Part shown: positions 53,277 to 62,584 of the stretch, piece after piece
Position numbering within the stretch: the stretch's first letter is position 1
Layout: each line of letters begins with the position of its first letter
Assembly: GCA_964452725.1 (NCBI GenBank)
Contig: CAYVMX010000003.1
Span: forward strand, 6,670 to 70,669
Direction of reading: 5' to 3'
From: an uncultured Candidatus Peribacteria bacterium
Lineage (GTDB): Bacteria > Patescibacteriota > Gracilibacteria > JAHISY01
DNA length: 64,000 bases
Made by a program: the position numbers and the translations under genes
The notes under the pieces: generated by a model
Seen by the model: only the letters and a program-made list of their open reading frames with translations
Databases searched by the model: none
Told to the model about the DNA's origin: nothing

Positions 53277-53840
53277 ATGTACGAAATCACAGATCTCAAA
53301 GTCGGTACGGCGATCCAGCTCGATGGCGAGCCTTACCGGATCGTCTGGAATCAATTCAGCAAGACTGGTCGTCAAGGCGGTGTGATGGCGATCAAGGCGA
53401 AGAACCTAAAATCTGGCGCAGTGATTCAAAAAACTTTCCAAGGAGCGGACAAAATCACGCCGGCAGAGATTCGTATGCAAAAGGCTCAGTTTCTCTACAA
53501 AGATGGTGAGGGCTACCACTTCATGGACGGCACGACTTTCGATCAGTTCGCCTTGCTAGACGACGCTGTCGGGCAGAGTGGAGTCTTCCTTCAGGACGGT
53601 GAGGAGTACGACCTCATGTATTTCGGCGATACACCGATCAATGTCAATCTACCAGTCAAACTAGACTTCACTGTCACTGAAACTCCACCAGGGGTCAAAG
53701 GCGACACCGCGCAGGGTGGTACGAAACCGGCAGAGCTAGATTGTGGTGTCTCGGTGCTGGTACCGCTCTTTATAAACGAAGGGGAGAAGATCAAAATCAA
53801 CACGGAGACGCTGGAATATGTGGAGCGAGTCGCAAGCTAA
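53277..53840 (+). CDS. efp: Translation elongation factor P (Arg-type loop)
   Basis: MYEITDLKVGTAIQLDGEPYRIV...FSKTGRQGG...PGVKGDTAQGGTKPAEL. The start is the internal Met at 53277. Confidence 0.92.
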   Translation: MYEITDLKVGTAIQLDGEPYRIVWNQFSKTGRQGGVMAIKAKNLKSGAVIQKTFQGADKITPAEIRMQKAQFLYKDGEGYHFMDGTTFDQFALLDDAVGQSGVFLQDGEEYDLMYFGDTPINVNLPVKLDFTVTETPPGVKGDTAQGGTKPAELDCGVSVLVPLFINEGEKIKINTETLEYVERVAS

Positions 53841-53912
53841 TCGAAGTTGCAAAATATTGGATGAGCACTAAAGACGCTGTCTTTTCCTCGTGCCCTCTGC
53901 TAAACTGCCTCA

Positions 53913-55943
53913 ATGTCAAAATCAAAAGCTAAATCCGATAAGCCGTTTAAGCTTGTCTCGAAGTTCCAACCCTCCGGAGATCAACCAACTGCAATCGCTC
54001 AGATCATAAAAGGCATGAAAGGTGGTGCTCAAGACCAAACCCTACTCGGTGTGACTGGTTCGGGTAAGACTTTTACGATCGCGAATGTCATCAAAGAACT
54101 CCAGCGACCAGCGCTCATCATCTCGCAAAACAAAACGCTAGCAGCGCAGCTCTGCTCAGAGTTTCGCGAGTTTTTTCCCGACAACTCTGTCCACTATTTC
54201 GTCTCCTACTACGACTACTACCAGCCGGAGGCGTACATGGCAGCGACGGATACTTACATCGAGAAGGATGCGAGTATCAATGAGGAGATCGATAAGTTTC
54301 GCCACGCGGCGACGCACTCGCTCCTCACGCGTAAAGACGTCGTGATTATCGCCTCCGTCAGCTGTATCTATGGTCTGGGTGCGGTGGAGGACTACGAAGC
54401 GATGGCGACGACGCTCGTGCTGGGTGAGACAGTCAAACGCGATGAGTTCCTCCGGCGTTTGGTCGATATGCAGTTCACGCGGGCGCAGATGGACTTCAAG
54501 CGCGGTCAGTTCAATGTCCTCGGTGATACGATCGAGATCTACCCACCCGACGAGGACGGACGCGTGTTGCGCCTCGAGTTTTTCGGTGATGAGCTGGAGC
54601 GTTTGACCATCGCAGATCACTTTACTGGTGAGATTTACGAAGAGTTGAAAGAGTACACGCTTTTCCCTGCCAAGCATGCGGTGACGACGCGTGACAAGAT
54701 CGAAAAGGCGGTGGTTGAAATCCGTAAAGATTTACAAATCCGTTATGAAGAACTCAAAAAAATAGGTAAACCTCTAGAAGCTGAGCGGATCAAAACTCGT
54801 ACCGAGTACGATATCGAGATGTTGCTCGAGGTAGGCTATGTCTCGGGTATTGAGAATTACACACGGTATCTCTCTGGTGCCAAACCTGGTAGTCCGCCGA
54901 GTACGCTTATGGATTATTTCCCCGATGATTACTTGCTTTTCATCGATGAGTCGCACGTCACCGTACCACAGATCGGGGGTATGTACGGTGGCAACGAGTC
55001 GCGCAAGCGTAATCTCGTCGAGCATGGCTTCCGTTTGCCGAGTAGTTTCGACAATCGCCCTTTAAATTTTCAAGAATTCGAAAAACGTATGGGTCGGACA
55101 GTCTATATCTCAGCGACTCCATCAGAACACGAACTAAAAAAGTCGGGTAAGGCAAACATCGCCGAGATGATCGTCCGTCCGACTGGTCTACTAGATCCAG
55201 AGATCATAGTACGTCCGAGCAAGCACCAGATCGACGAGATCATGGAGGAGATCCGCCTGACTATCGAGCGTGGTGAACGGATACTGCTCACGACTCTGAC
55301 GAAGAAGTCAGCCGAAGATCTGACCGAGTTCTTGACTGAGCGCGGTGTACGTGTGCGCTATCTCCACTCTGATGTCGATACTATGCAGCGGATCGAGATT
55401 CTGCGCGATCTGCGTCTGGGTAAGTTCGACGTGCTCGTCGGTATCAATCTCCTGCGGGAAGGACTGGATCTCCCCGAGGTCAGCACGATCTGTATCCTCG
55501 ACGCTGACAAGGAAGGCTTCCTCCGTAGTACCACAGCTCTGATCCAGACCATCGGACGCGCCGCGCGGAATGTAAACGGTCATGTGATTATGTTCGCTGA
55601 TAGAGAGACCAGATCTATGAAAGCCGCTATCGGTGAGACGAATCGCCGTCGCAAGATCCAAGAGCAGTACAATAAAAAGCATGGCATCACTCCTGCGACG
55701 ATCAAAAAAGCTGTGAGCGACATAGCCGAGCACAAATATAGCCTAGAAGAAACACCCGAGATCAAGCCTGATGAGATCCCGACAGAGGAGATCGCTACGG
55801 TCATCAAGCAGCTGGAAAACAAGATGGACATCGCCTCACAGACTATGGAGTTTGAACGGGCAGGTGAGCTGCGTGATCAGATCGAGGCACTACGTGCTCT
55901 CCAGGGTGAAGGCAAAAAGCACCTGAGAAAGAAACAAAAATAG
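53913..55943 (+). CDS. uvrB: Excinuclease ABC subunit B
   Basis: GVTGSGKTFT Walker A, helicase motifs and the C-terminal UVR domain EFERAGELRDQIEALR. Confidence 0.97.
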   Translation: MSKSKAKSDKPFKLVSKFQPSGDQPTAIAQIIKGMKGGAQDQTLLGVTGSGKTFTIANVIKELQRPALIISQNKTLAAQLCSEFREFFPDNSVHYFVSYYDYYQPEAYMAATDTYIEKDASINEEIDKFRHAATHSLLTRKDVVIIASVSCIYGLGAVEDYEAMATTLVLGETVKRDEFLRRLVDMQFTRAQMDFKRGQFNVLGDTIEIYPPDEDGRVLRLEFFGDELERLTIADHFTGEIYEELKEYTLFPAKHAVTTRDKIEKAVVEIRKDLQIRYEELKKIGKPLEAERIKTRTEYDIEMLLEVGYVSGIENYTRYLSGAKPGSPPSTLMDYFPDDYLLFIDESHVTVPQIGGMYGGNESRKRNLVEHGFRLPSSFDNRPLNFQEFEKRMGRTVYISATPSEHELKKSGKANIAEMIVRPTGLLDPEIIVRPSKHQIDEIMEEIRLTIERGERILLTTLTKKSAEDLTEFLTERGVRVRYLHSDVDTMQRIEILRDLRLGKFDVLVGINLLREGLDLPEVSTICILDADKEGFLRSTTALIQTIGRAARNVNGHVIMFADRETRSMKAAIGETNRRRKIQEQYNKKHGITPATIKKAVSDIAEHKYSLEETPEIKPDEIPTEEIATVIKQLENKMDIASQTMEFERAGELRDQIEALRALQGEGKKHLRKKQK

Positions 55944-55959
55944 ATTAAAATATTCACAC

Positions 55960-56036
55960 GGACCCTTAGCTCAGTTGGTTAGAGCAGCGGGCTCATAACC
56001 TGTTGGTCCCTGGTTCAAGTCCAGGAGGGTCCACCA
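55960..56036 (+). tRNA. tRNA-Met (anticodon CAU; elongator-type, could be tRNA-Ile2 if lysidinylated), CCA encoded
   Basis: ggaccct/agggtcc acceptor stem with a paired 1-72 position and anticodon loop ctCATaa. It lacks the three G-C pairs characteristic of an initiator anticodon stem. Confidence 0.9.
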
Positions 56037-56226
56037 CGTGGGTTCTCCCGCCGTAGGCGGGAGGTTCTACGTAGTGCGATGCTGCGGTAGTGCACCAGAT
56101 CGCCACAGAGATCGGATTGAACCTGCCGTATCGGTGCGCACCGTAGCGAGGAGCGTAGCGACAAGCGACCACAAACCCTGATTGAATAACAATCAAACAG
56201 CTAGCTAAGTCCAGGAGGGTCCACCA
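56037..56226 (+). repeat. tRNA-3'-linked element, copy E1 (full, ends with a 20-nt repeat of the tRNA-Met 3' end)
   Basis: Hairpin ctcccgcc-gtag-gcgggag, GGTTCTACGTAG, GGATTGAACCTGCCGTATCGG, the palindrome CGGTGCGCACCG (56132-56143) and the terminus AACAATCAAACAGCTAGCT, followed by aagtccaggagggtccacca. Confidence 0.85.
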
Positions 56227-56342
56227 CGTGGGTTCTCCCGCCGTAGGCGGGAGGTTCTACGTAGTGCGATGCTGCGGTAGTGCACCAGATCGCACAAAGA
56301 TCGAATTAGACCTGCCGTACCGGTGCGCACCGTAGCGAGGAG
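56227..56342 (+). repeat. tRNA-3'-linked element, copy E2 (tandem, 3'-truncated)
   Basis: 56207-56293 is identical to 56017-56103 (87/87). The next ~49 nt carry about 6 differences, including one indel. The second palindrome is at 56321-56332. Similarity ends at 56342 without a terminal tRNA fragment. Confidence 0.8.
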
Positions 56343-56386
56343 TGGAAGCTGTGTGATATAGTACGACTAGTTGGTCGTGAGTTTAT

Positions 56387-56998
56387 TTGACGCTTCTTAT
56401 GCAGTTCCAAGGTAAAAAAGTTTGTTGTCGCGAGATCCTGAAGCACGAAACTAAAAAACATGTTTTCGTTAAGTTTTTGTTGGTGGTGTTAGTTTTTTTG
56501 GGGTACTTCGGTTTCATCGCTAGTCAGTATGGGCTCAAAGATGGGTTTTTTGTAACGGCTTTGACTTGGTCTTTTTTTGTACTTTGTACTCCTGTTGCTG
56601 ACGCTGGTTTTTTGTTGGATTTTCCATTTCGACTGATTACTCGGATCAGAATGTTGTTTTCTGAGATAGTAGTTTGGGGTATTGCGATTTCATTGAATTT
56701 CTACGCCTTTTTTGTTCATCCTGAGATTTACGACAAAACGGAGCTACTACTACTTTTTAAACATATCTTGGGGCAGCCCTTTCCATTTTGGGCGATTATT
56801 TTTGTTTCATTGATCGGTACTTTTATGTCTATTCAGTTTGGAGATGAGCTGATGGATAAAGTAAAACACAAAGATCGAGATCTATATAAGCGGCAAAAAC
56901 ATCGCTTTAAATTTTGGGGAATGATATTTATAGTGATTTTGTCGATTATTCTATACGACTTTTTGCTCAAGCAGCTAGGAGTGGAGCTACCTATTTAG
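56387..56998 (+). CDS. Hypothetical polytopic membrane protein
   Basis: Five to six TM segments in an AT-richer stretch than the surroundings. The start is uncertain (TTG 56387 or ATG 56399). Confidence 0.55.
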   Translation: MTLLMQFQGKKVCCREILKHETKKHVFVKFLLVVLVFLGYFGFIASQYGLKDGFFVTALTWSFFVLCTPVADAGFLLDFPFRLITRIRMLFSEIVVWGIAISLNFYAFFVHPEIYDKTELLLLFKHILGQPFPFWAIIFVSLIGTFMSIQFGDELMDKVKHKDRDLYKRQKHRFKFWGMIFIVILSIILYDFLLKQLGVELPI

Positions 56999-57117
56999 GT
57001 CTATTATCAAATCTGAAAAACTCCTGAATTTCCTCTCAAACTAGGGCAGAGTGCTGCTTGACATACAATAAATAATACTGTAAACTATAAAAAACAAATA
57101 ATTCAAAACTAAAATAA

Positions 57118-58218
57118 ATGGCTAAAGCAAGCGCTACTTCGATGTTTACTGCGGCGGGTTTAAAAGTAGTACCAACTGAGTCTAGTACACCAGCTTGGGA
57201 TTTTGATGAGTTGTTGGATCTGGCAGTAGAAAAAGAAGCCAGTGATATTCATTTTGGTGCTACTAGTAAGATCGCTCTCAGGATTTTTGGTGAGATTCGT
57301 TTTGTCGAGACTGCTGGTGTCTTGGATCAAGATACAGCTGAACGACTGATTATAGGTTTGATCAAAAATAAAACTAAACAGCAAGAGCTATTTCAAAAAC
57401 GAGAGTTGGATTTTAGTTATCAACATTCCGATGGTACGGTTTTTCACTGCAATGCTTTTTTTCGTCGGGGACATCTCTCGATAGTCATGCGACGGATACC
57501 CAAGTCTATACCGACACTTGATCAGCTAGGTCTGCCGCCAGCTGTGAAGATGTTTTGCCAGTCTAGGCAGGGTTTTTTATTGGTTTGTGGTCCAGCCAAT
57601 AGTGGTAAATCTGTAACCATCAGCGCGATCCTAGAGCAGATCAATGAGTCGCGGGTAGCCCATGTAGTGACGATCGAAGATCCGATCAAATATCTCTTTA
57701 CCGATAAGCAATGTATTTTTTCACAACGTGAGTTGTACAGCGATGCTAGTTGTTTTGATGCGGCTATGCGGGCGACACTACGTCAGGATTCGAATATAGT
57801 CATGATCGACAAGATGCGTGATCAGACAACGTTAAATGCCGCTATGGACCTTTGTGAGTCTGGCAACTTGGTGCTGAGTACGTTGAACGCTACTAGTGCA
57901 TCGCAGACCATCAAAAGGCTGGTACAGTCTGTCGGTGTCGACCAGCGAGAGCCAATGTTGTGTCGTATCGCAGATAATCTAGTGGGTATCATCAGCCAGC
58001 GTCTACTACCCAAAGTCGGTGGTGGACTAGTCGGCGTCTACGAGGTCATGATCGCCAATAAGGTCATCCGAGAAGCGATCAGTCAGGGGCAGCTCACCAA
58101 ACTAAATAGTATTATTACCAACTCCGAAATCCTCGGTATGGTCAATATGCATAAGTTTGCTGAAGCACTGGTCGAACGAGGTGTCGTATCACCAGACTCC
58201 TTGAAGCTTATTCATTAG
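57118..58218 (+). CDS. PilT-like type IV pilus/secretion ATPase paralog with degenerate catalytic motifs
   Basis: PilT architecture with the Asp box TIEDPIK. Walker A is GPANSGKSV. Walker B is IVMIDKMRD (the canonical form is ILVGEMRD). The His box is SGNLVLSTLNAT (the canonical form is TGHLVxSTLHT). Confidence 0.8.
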   Translation: MAKASATSMFTAAGLKVVPTESSTPAWDFDELLDLAVEKEASDIHFGATSKIALRIFGEIRFVETAGVLDQDTAERLIIGLIKNKTKQQELFQKRELDFSYQHSDGTVFHCNAFFRRGHLSIVMRRIPKSIPTLDQLGLPPAVKMFCQSRQGFLLVCGPANSGKSVTISAILEQINESRVAHVVTIEDPIKYLFTDKQCIFSQRELYSDASCFDAAMRATLRQDSNIVMIDKMRDQTTLNAAMDLCESGNLVLSTLNATSASQTIKRLVQSVGVDQREPMLCRIADNLVGIISQRLLPKVGGGLVGVYEVMIANKVIREAISQGQLTKLNSIITNSEILGMVNMHKFAEALVERGVVSPDSLKLIH

Positions 58219-58220
58219 TT

Positions 58221-59417
58221 TTATTGTTCCCAGTCCCAGTTGGGTTTTTCTATCGCTGTGATACCAGCCGTGTCGACCGTGAGTTGGATTTTTTTGTTGC
58301 GACTGGCGTTTTTCCAGCTGTGTTTGAGCACCATGAGAGTGGCGTCGTCTTTTTGGATATAGTCACGGTCTATAAAGTTGGCAAAGTCGCGTGAGATACT
58401 ATCGAAAATACTTTTGGCTTTGTTGCGACTGGCGTGACGCTCTACGCTCTGACGTAGATTTTCCATACCGTACATTTTGCCATGTTTGTTTTCGGCTTCG
58501 GTGATGCCATCGGTGAAGAGTACGATGACATCGTTTGGTGCGAGTGCGATCTCTGCTTCGTGGATTTTGTCACTGGTGTCGGGTATGAGTCCTAGTGCGA
58601 TACCACCGGTCTTGAGAGCTTTGCATTTACCAGTGGCAGCGCGATAGATCAAGATGTGTTCGTGACCGCAGCCAGTGTAATGAAGCTTTTGGGCTTGGTG
58701 TTCCCAGCGTAGCATGACCAGTGTCATAAACATCGAAGAGGTAGTTTTGGGTGTCAAAAATTGATTGACCTTATTCAAGATCTCGCGAGGACTCTCGTGT
58801 AGTGAGGTAAACGTATGGATCAAAACGTTGACCATCGACATGAGTAGTCCGGCCTGTAGACCGTGACCAGTCGCATCTCCGATGTAAAAAAGCGTTGAAT
58901 TTTTGAGTGGGATAATATCGAAGTTGTCACCACCGACCTCGGTAGCTGGTCTGGTTTTTACGATGATATCTAGTCCTGGCACTTGGGGGGATTTTTTTGG
59001 GAGGAGCTGACGTTGAAAATCGCCAGCAAAGTTTAATTCTTCAGTGAGTCGGTTACGATCTTCAATATCGGTGCTGACCTTTTCTAGGCTGGTGATCATA
59101 GTGTTGAAGAATTCTTCTAGTACGCGGACTTCTTTAATATTATTAGTTAGTTTTAGTTTTTGATAATTTTTGCCTTGAAGTATGGCTTGCATCTGCGTGG
59201 TGACGCGCTGGATTGGTCGTACGATCTGGACGATGAAGAAAACCAATAGTGAGCCTAGGAGTATGCAAAAAAGCCAAAACAACCATTCAAATGTAGTGGT
59301 AGCTGTGTTTATCGTAGCGAACTGCCGAAAGGTTATGCTCAGAGCTAGACCTATGAGTGCCAGTCCGCCAGTCAGGAGTACTATTTTTTGGGTCAGGCTA
59401 AAGTGGGTGGACTGCAT
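58221..59417 (-). CDS. Membrane-bound HAMP-domain PP2C/SpoIIE-family serine phosphatase
   Basis: Two N-terminal TM segments, a HAMP-like linker and SpoIIE motifs VGGDNFDII, GDATGHGLQAGLLM and LFTDGITEA. Confidence 0.85.
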   Translation of the reverse strand: MQSTHFSLTQKIVLLTGGLALIGLALSITFRQFATINTATTTFEWLFWLFCILLGSLLVFFIVQIVRPIQRVTTQMQAILQGKNYQKLKLTNNIKEVRVLEEFFNTMITSLEKVSTDIEDRNRLTEELNFAGDFQRQLLPKKSPQVPGLDIIVKTRPATEVGGDNFDIIPLKNSTLFYIGDATGHGLQAGLLMSMVNVLIHTFTSLHESPREILNKVNQFLTPKTTSSMFMTLVMLRWEHQAQKLHYTGCGHEHILIYRAATGKCKALKTGGIALGLIPDTSDKIHEAEIALAPNDVIVLFTDGITEAENKHGKMYGMENLRQSVERHASRNKAKSIFDSISRDFANFIDRDYIQKDDATLMVLKHSWKNASRNKKIQLTVDTAGITAIEKPNWDWEQ

Positions 59418-59423
59418 GGTGGG

Positions 59424-60191
59424 TTAGCTTTGGGCTGGGGTGGGTTGAGCTGGTTGGTTGGTAGGTCGTATGATCGGTTGGGCGAGATCAGTACTTTTTA
59501 TTTGGAGGTCGTGTTCTGCTGGGTTGTGTATTTGTTGTTGTCTGGCAGTTAGAGGATTGTAGATGCCATAAAACATTTCGATTAGTTCGGCTGTTGGCAT
59601 TTGGCTGACGGTCAGGCCGCAGTTTTCTAGATTACTTTTGACAGATTCAACGTGTTGGTTGAGTGCTTTGACTATGCGACCAAACTCTTTTTGGCGTTTT
59701 TGGAAAGCAGTGACGCTGTCGGCAGGGTGGATATAATCCCAAAACTGACCAAAGATGCTAGCCGACTTGGTACGGACAGGGTCGTACGGTATGACGACAT
59801 AAAATTGTTTTTCCATGATGTCGGCAAACTCTACGAGTTTGCGAATATATTCAGTGTATTCAAAAACTTGATTACGTAGGAGCTCGTTTTTTTGGTTTTT
59901 GCCGATGGTTTTTAATTTGCTGAGGTAGTTGCTGATGTCGAGTTTTTTACTACGTACGATGACCTGTACGGGGAATTCTAGTGAGTTCAAAAAGTTTTGG
60001 TAGGCGGCAGCGAGTGAGTTTTGTTCTTCTTCGGACTTGAGATTTACATTGATGCTGCCGACAGTAAGTACGGCGCGAAGTCCGCCGTTTTTTAGTACGA
60101 TGGTGTCGTCGCGGATCTCAGCGATACGCATGTAAAGCTGCGTGCTGGCGTTGGGATCTTTTTGTTTGGCTTGGTGGATAGTATCGGACAT
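59424..60191 (-). CDS. VirB4/TrsE-type N-terminal domain protein without an ATPase domain
   Basis: RIAEIRDDTIVLKNGGLRAVLTVGSINVNLKSEEEQNSLAAAYQNFLNSLEFPVQVIVRSKKLDISNYL follows the N-terminal pattern of Gram-positive conjugative VirB4 homologues. No Walker motifs are present, and the protein ends in a Pro/Gln-rich tail. Confidence 0.6.
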   Translation of the reverse strand: MSDTIHQAKQKDPNASTQLYMRIAEIRDDTIVLKNGGLRAVLTVGSINVNLKSEEEQNSLAAAYQNFLNSLEFPVQVIVRSKKLDISNYLSKLKTIGKNQKNELLRNQVFEYTEYIRKLVEFADIMEKQFYVVIPYDPVRTKSASIFGQFWDYIHPADSVTAFQKRQKEFGRIVKALNQHVESVKSNLENCGLTVSQMPTAELIEMFYGIYNPLTARQQQIHNPAEHDLQIKSTDLAQPIIRPTNQPAQPTPAQS

Positions 60192-60201
60192 ATGGTTTGA
60201 G

Positions 60202-60660
60202 TTATTTGGTGGGGGTGGTGAGCTGATCATCGGTGCCACCGAGACCACCAGTATCGAGCACGTGGCTGATGCTGCCGAGTTTATTTAGGTTGGCGGTGGA
60301 TTTTTTTACTGTTTTTTTTATTGGTGTGTTGGTGATTTTTTGGGTCGGTGCTTGAAAGAGTCCAATATCATCAGCTGATTTTACCCAGAGGCGTTTGGGT
60401 TCGTTTAAGTAGCGTTCTAGCATCAATAAAATCCAGTGTATAAACGGTACGCCGTTGATTTTGAAAAAGGCAATGGCAATCGTCAGTAGTGAGATAATCA
60501 CCACGGGTGGTAGCCAAATCTCGGGATTTTGATGTTGTAGTCCGATATAAAAGGTATAAGCAAAACCACCGCCGATACCACAGATAATGAGCTGACGGAG
60601 CGTCATAAAAGGGAGGATTTTATCCTCGATTTGGACGTTCTGTGGGACTTTGAACTGCAT
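60202..60660 (-). CDS. PrgI-family (VirB3-like) membrane protein
   Basis: MQFKVPQNVQIEDKILPFMTLRQLIICGIGGGFAYTFYI is the typical PrgI N-terminus followed by two TM segments. It lies directly upstream of the VirB4-N-like gene. Confidence 0.65.
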   Translation of the reverse strand: MQFKVPQNVQIEDKILPFMTLRQLIICGIGGGFAYTFYIGLQHQNPEIWLPPVVIISLLTIAIAFFKINGVPFIHWILLMLERYLNEPKRLWVKSADDIGLFQAPTQKITNTPIKKTVKKSTANLNKLGSISHVLDTGGLGGTDDQLTTPTK

Positions 60661-60779
60661 TTGGTTTTTGATTTTCCCGTGAGGATATTTATTTTTATGA
60701 TCTGCTAATTATACCAAAAATAAAGCCTAAAAGCAAGGAATCTCGTGCTAAAATAACACGACTTTATTTTCTTTGAATT

Positions 60780-62582
60780 GTGAAACACATTCGTAATTTT
60801 TGTATCATCGCACATATTGACCATGGTAAATCCACGTTGGCAGATCGTTTGATCGAGCTGACGGAGACGCTGGCGAAGCGTGATATGAAAAACGCTCAAA
60901 TGCTAGATACAATGGAGCTAGAGCAGGAGCGTGGTATCACGATCAAGCTCCAGCCAGTACGCATGAATTGGCGAGAGCACCAGCTCAACTTGATCGATAC
61001 GCCTGGGCACGCAGATTTTGCCTATGAAGTGAGTCGTTCATTAAAAGCGTGTGAGGGCGCACTCCTCGTGATCGACGCGACACAGGGGATTGAGGCGCAG
61101 ACACTGGCGAATGTGTATCAAGCCCTAGAGCAAAATCTGACTCTGATACCAGTGCTAAACAAGATTGATCTGCCGGCGGCAGATCCCGAGCGGATCAAGG
61201 AGGAGATTGAAAATATCCTGAGTATTCCGCGTGAGGAGGTGATCGAGATCAGCGCGAAAGATGGTACGAACTGTGAAGCGGTGCTTGATGCGGTGATCGA
61301 GCGGATACCCGCACCGCGAGTGCTAGCGAGTGCTAGCGAGGGTGAGCTCAAGGCGTTGATTTTTGATTCGGTCTTCGACCCGTATCGAGGTGTGGTGATC
61401 TATGTACGAGTATTGTCTGGACGGATCACCAAGCGCGAGACACTCTATTTGCTCGGTACACATTCCAAGTTCGAAGCGTTGGAGATCGGCTGTCTCAAGC
61501 CGAAATACTCACCGACTCCGACTATCGAAGCAGGTGAGATCGGCTACATCGTTACTGGACTCAAAAGCGTGCGTGAGGCGCGTGTGGGTGATACGGTGTG
61601 GCAGTCTGGCACACCAAAGACTGAGCTAAAAGCTGCGATCGCGTTGCCAGGGTATCAGCAAGTCACTCCCTTCGTCTTCGCTGGAGTCTTCGCTACTGAC
61701 GCAGACGACTATCCGGCTCTACGCGACGCACTAGAAAAGCTCAGTCTCAACGATGCGGCTCTGACGTATGAGCCAGAGCAGAGTGGGGCGCTTGGGTTTG
61801 GGTTTCGTTGTGGTTTCCTCGGGTTGCTCCACATGGAGATCGTCCAAGAACGCCTAGAACGCGAGTACGATCTAGATCTCATCATCACGGCACCGAGCGT
61901 CAAGTACGAGGTCGTGCTGCTCGATGGTACTGTACTCCAGCTCAGCAATCCTGAAGCGTTGCCAGAGCCAGCTGCGTACACCGAGCTGCGTGAGCCGTGG
62001 GTACAGGTCGAGATCGTCACACCCAAGGAGTATCTCGGCGCAGTTTTGGAGCTCGTTACGGCGCGGCGAGGAGTCCAAAAAAACCTCAGCTTTCTCGATA
62101 GCGAGCGTGCGTTGGTCACCTACGAGCTGCCACTGGCTGCGATCGTGACGGATTTTTACGACAAACTAAAATCCGCGACGAGTGGCTACGCTAGTCTCGG
62201 CTATGAGCACCTCGATTTCCGCGCGGGGGAGCTGGTGAAGCTCGACGTGCTCGTCGCAGGAGAAAAGATCGATGCGCTGAGCTTCATCGTTCACAAGTCA
62301 GAGAGTCGGGCAGTGGGTCTGAGTCTGACGAAGAAGCTCAAGGAGATTATTCCGCGGGCAAACTTCGTGATCTCGATCCAAGCGGCGGTCGGCGCGACGA
62401 TCATCGCGCGGGAGACGATCTCTGCCTTTCGCAAGGATGTGACGGAGAAGCTCTACGGTGGAGATGTCACGCGTAAAAACAAACTCCTCAAAAAACAAAA
62501 AGCTGGTAAGAAGCGTGCCAAGCAGTTTGGTCGGGTGAGTCTGCCACAGGAGGCGTTCCTCGCAGTACTCAAGCGAGACTAG
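60780..62582 (+). CDS. lepA: Translation elongation factor 4
   Basis: IRNFCIIAHIDHGKSTLADRL, DTPGHADF, NKIDL, and the LepA-specific C-terminal domain. GTG start. Confidence 0.96.
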   Translation: MKHIRNFCIIAHIDHGKSTLADRLIELTETLAKRDMKNAQMLDTMELEQERGITIKLQPVRMNWREHQLNLIDTPGHADFAYEVSRSLKACEGALLVIDATQGIEAQTLANVYQALEQNLTLIPVLNKIDLPAADPERIKEEIENILSIPREEVIEISAKDGTNCEAVLDAVIERIPAPRVLASASEGELKALIFDSVFDPYRGVVIYVRVLSGRITKRETLYLLGTHSKFEALEIGCLKPKYSPTPTIEAGEIGYIVTGLKSVREARVGDTVWQSGTPKTELKAAIALPGYQQVTPFVFAGVFATDADDYPALRDALEKLSLNDAALTYEPEQSGALGFGFRCGFLGLLHMEIVQERLEREYDLDLIITAPSVKYEVVLLDGTVLQLSNPEALPEPAAYTELREPWVQVEIVTPKEYLGAVLELVTARRGVQKNLSFLDSERALVTYELPLAAIVTDFYDKLKSATSGYASLGYEHLDFRAGELVKLDVLVAGEKIDALSFIVHKSESRAVGLSLTKKLKEIIPRANFVISIQAAVGATIIARETISAFRKDVTEKLYGGDVTRKNKLLKKQKAGKKRAKQFGRVSLPQEAFLAVLKRD

Positions 62583-62584
62583 AG

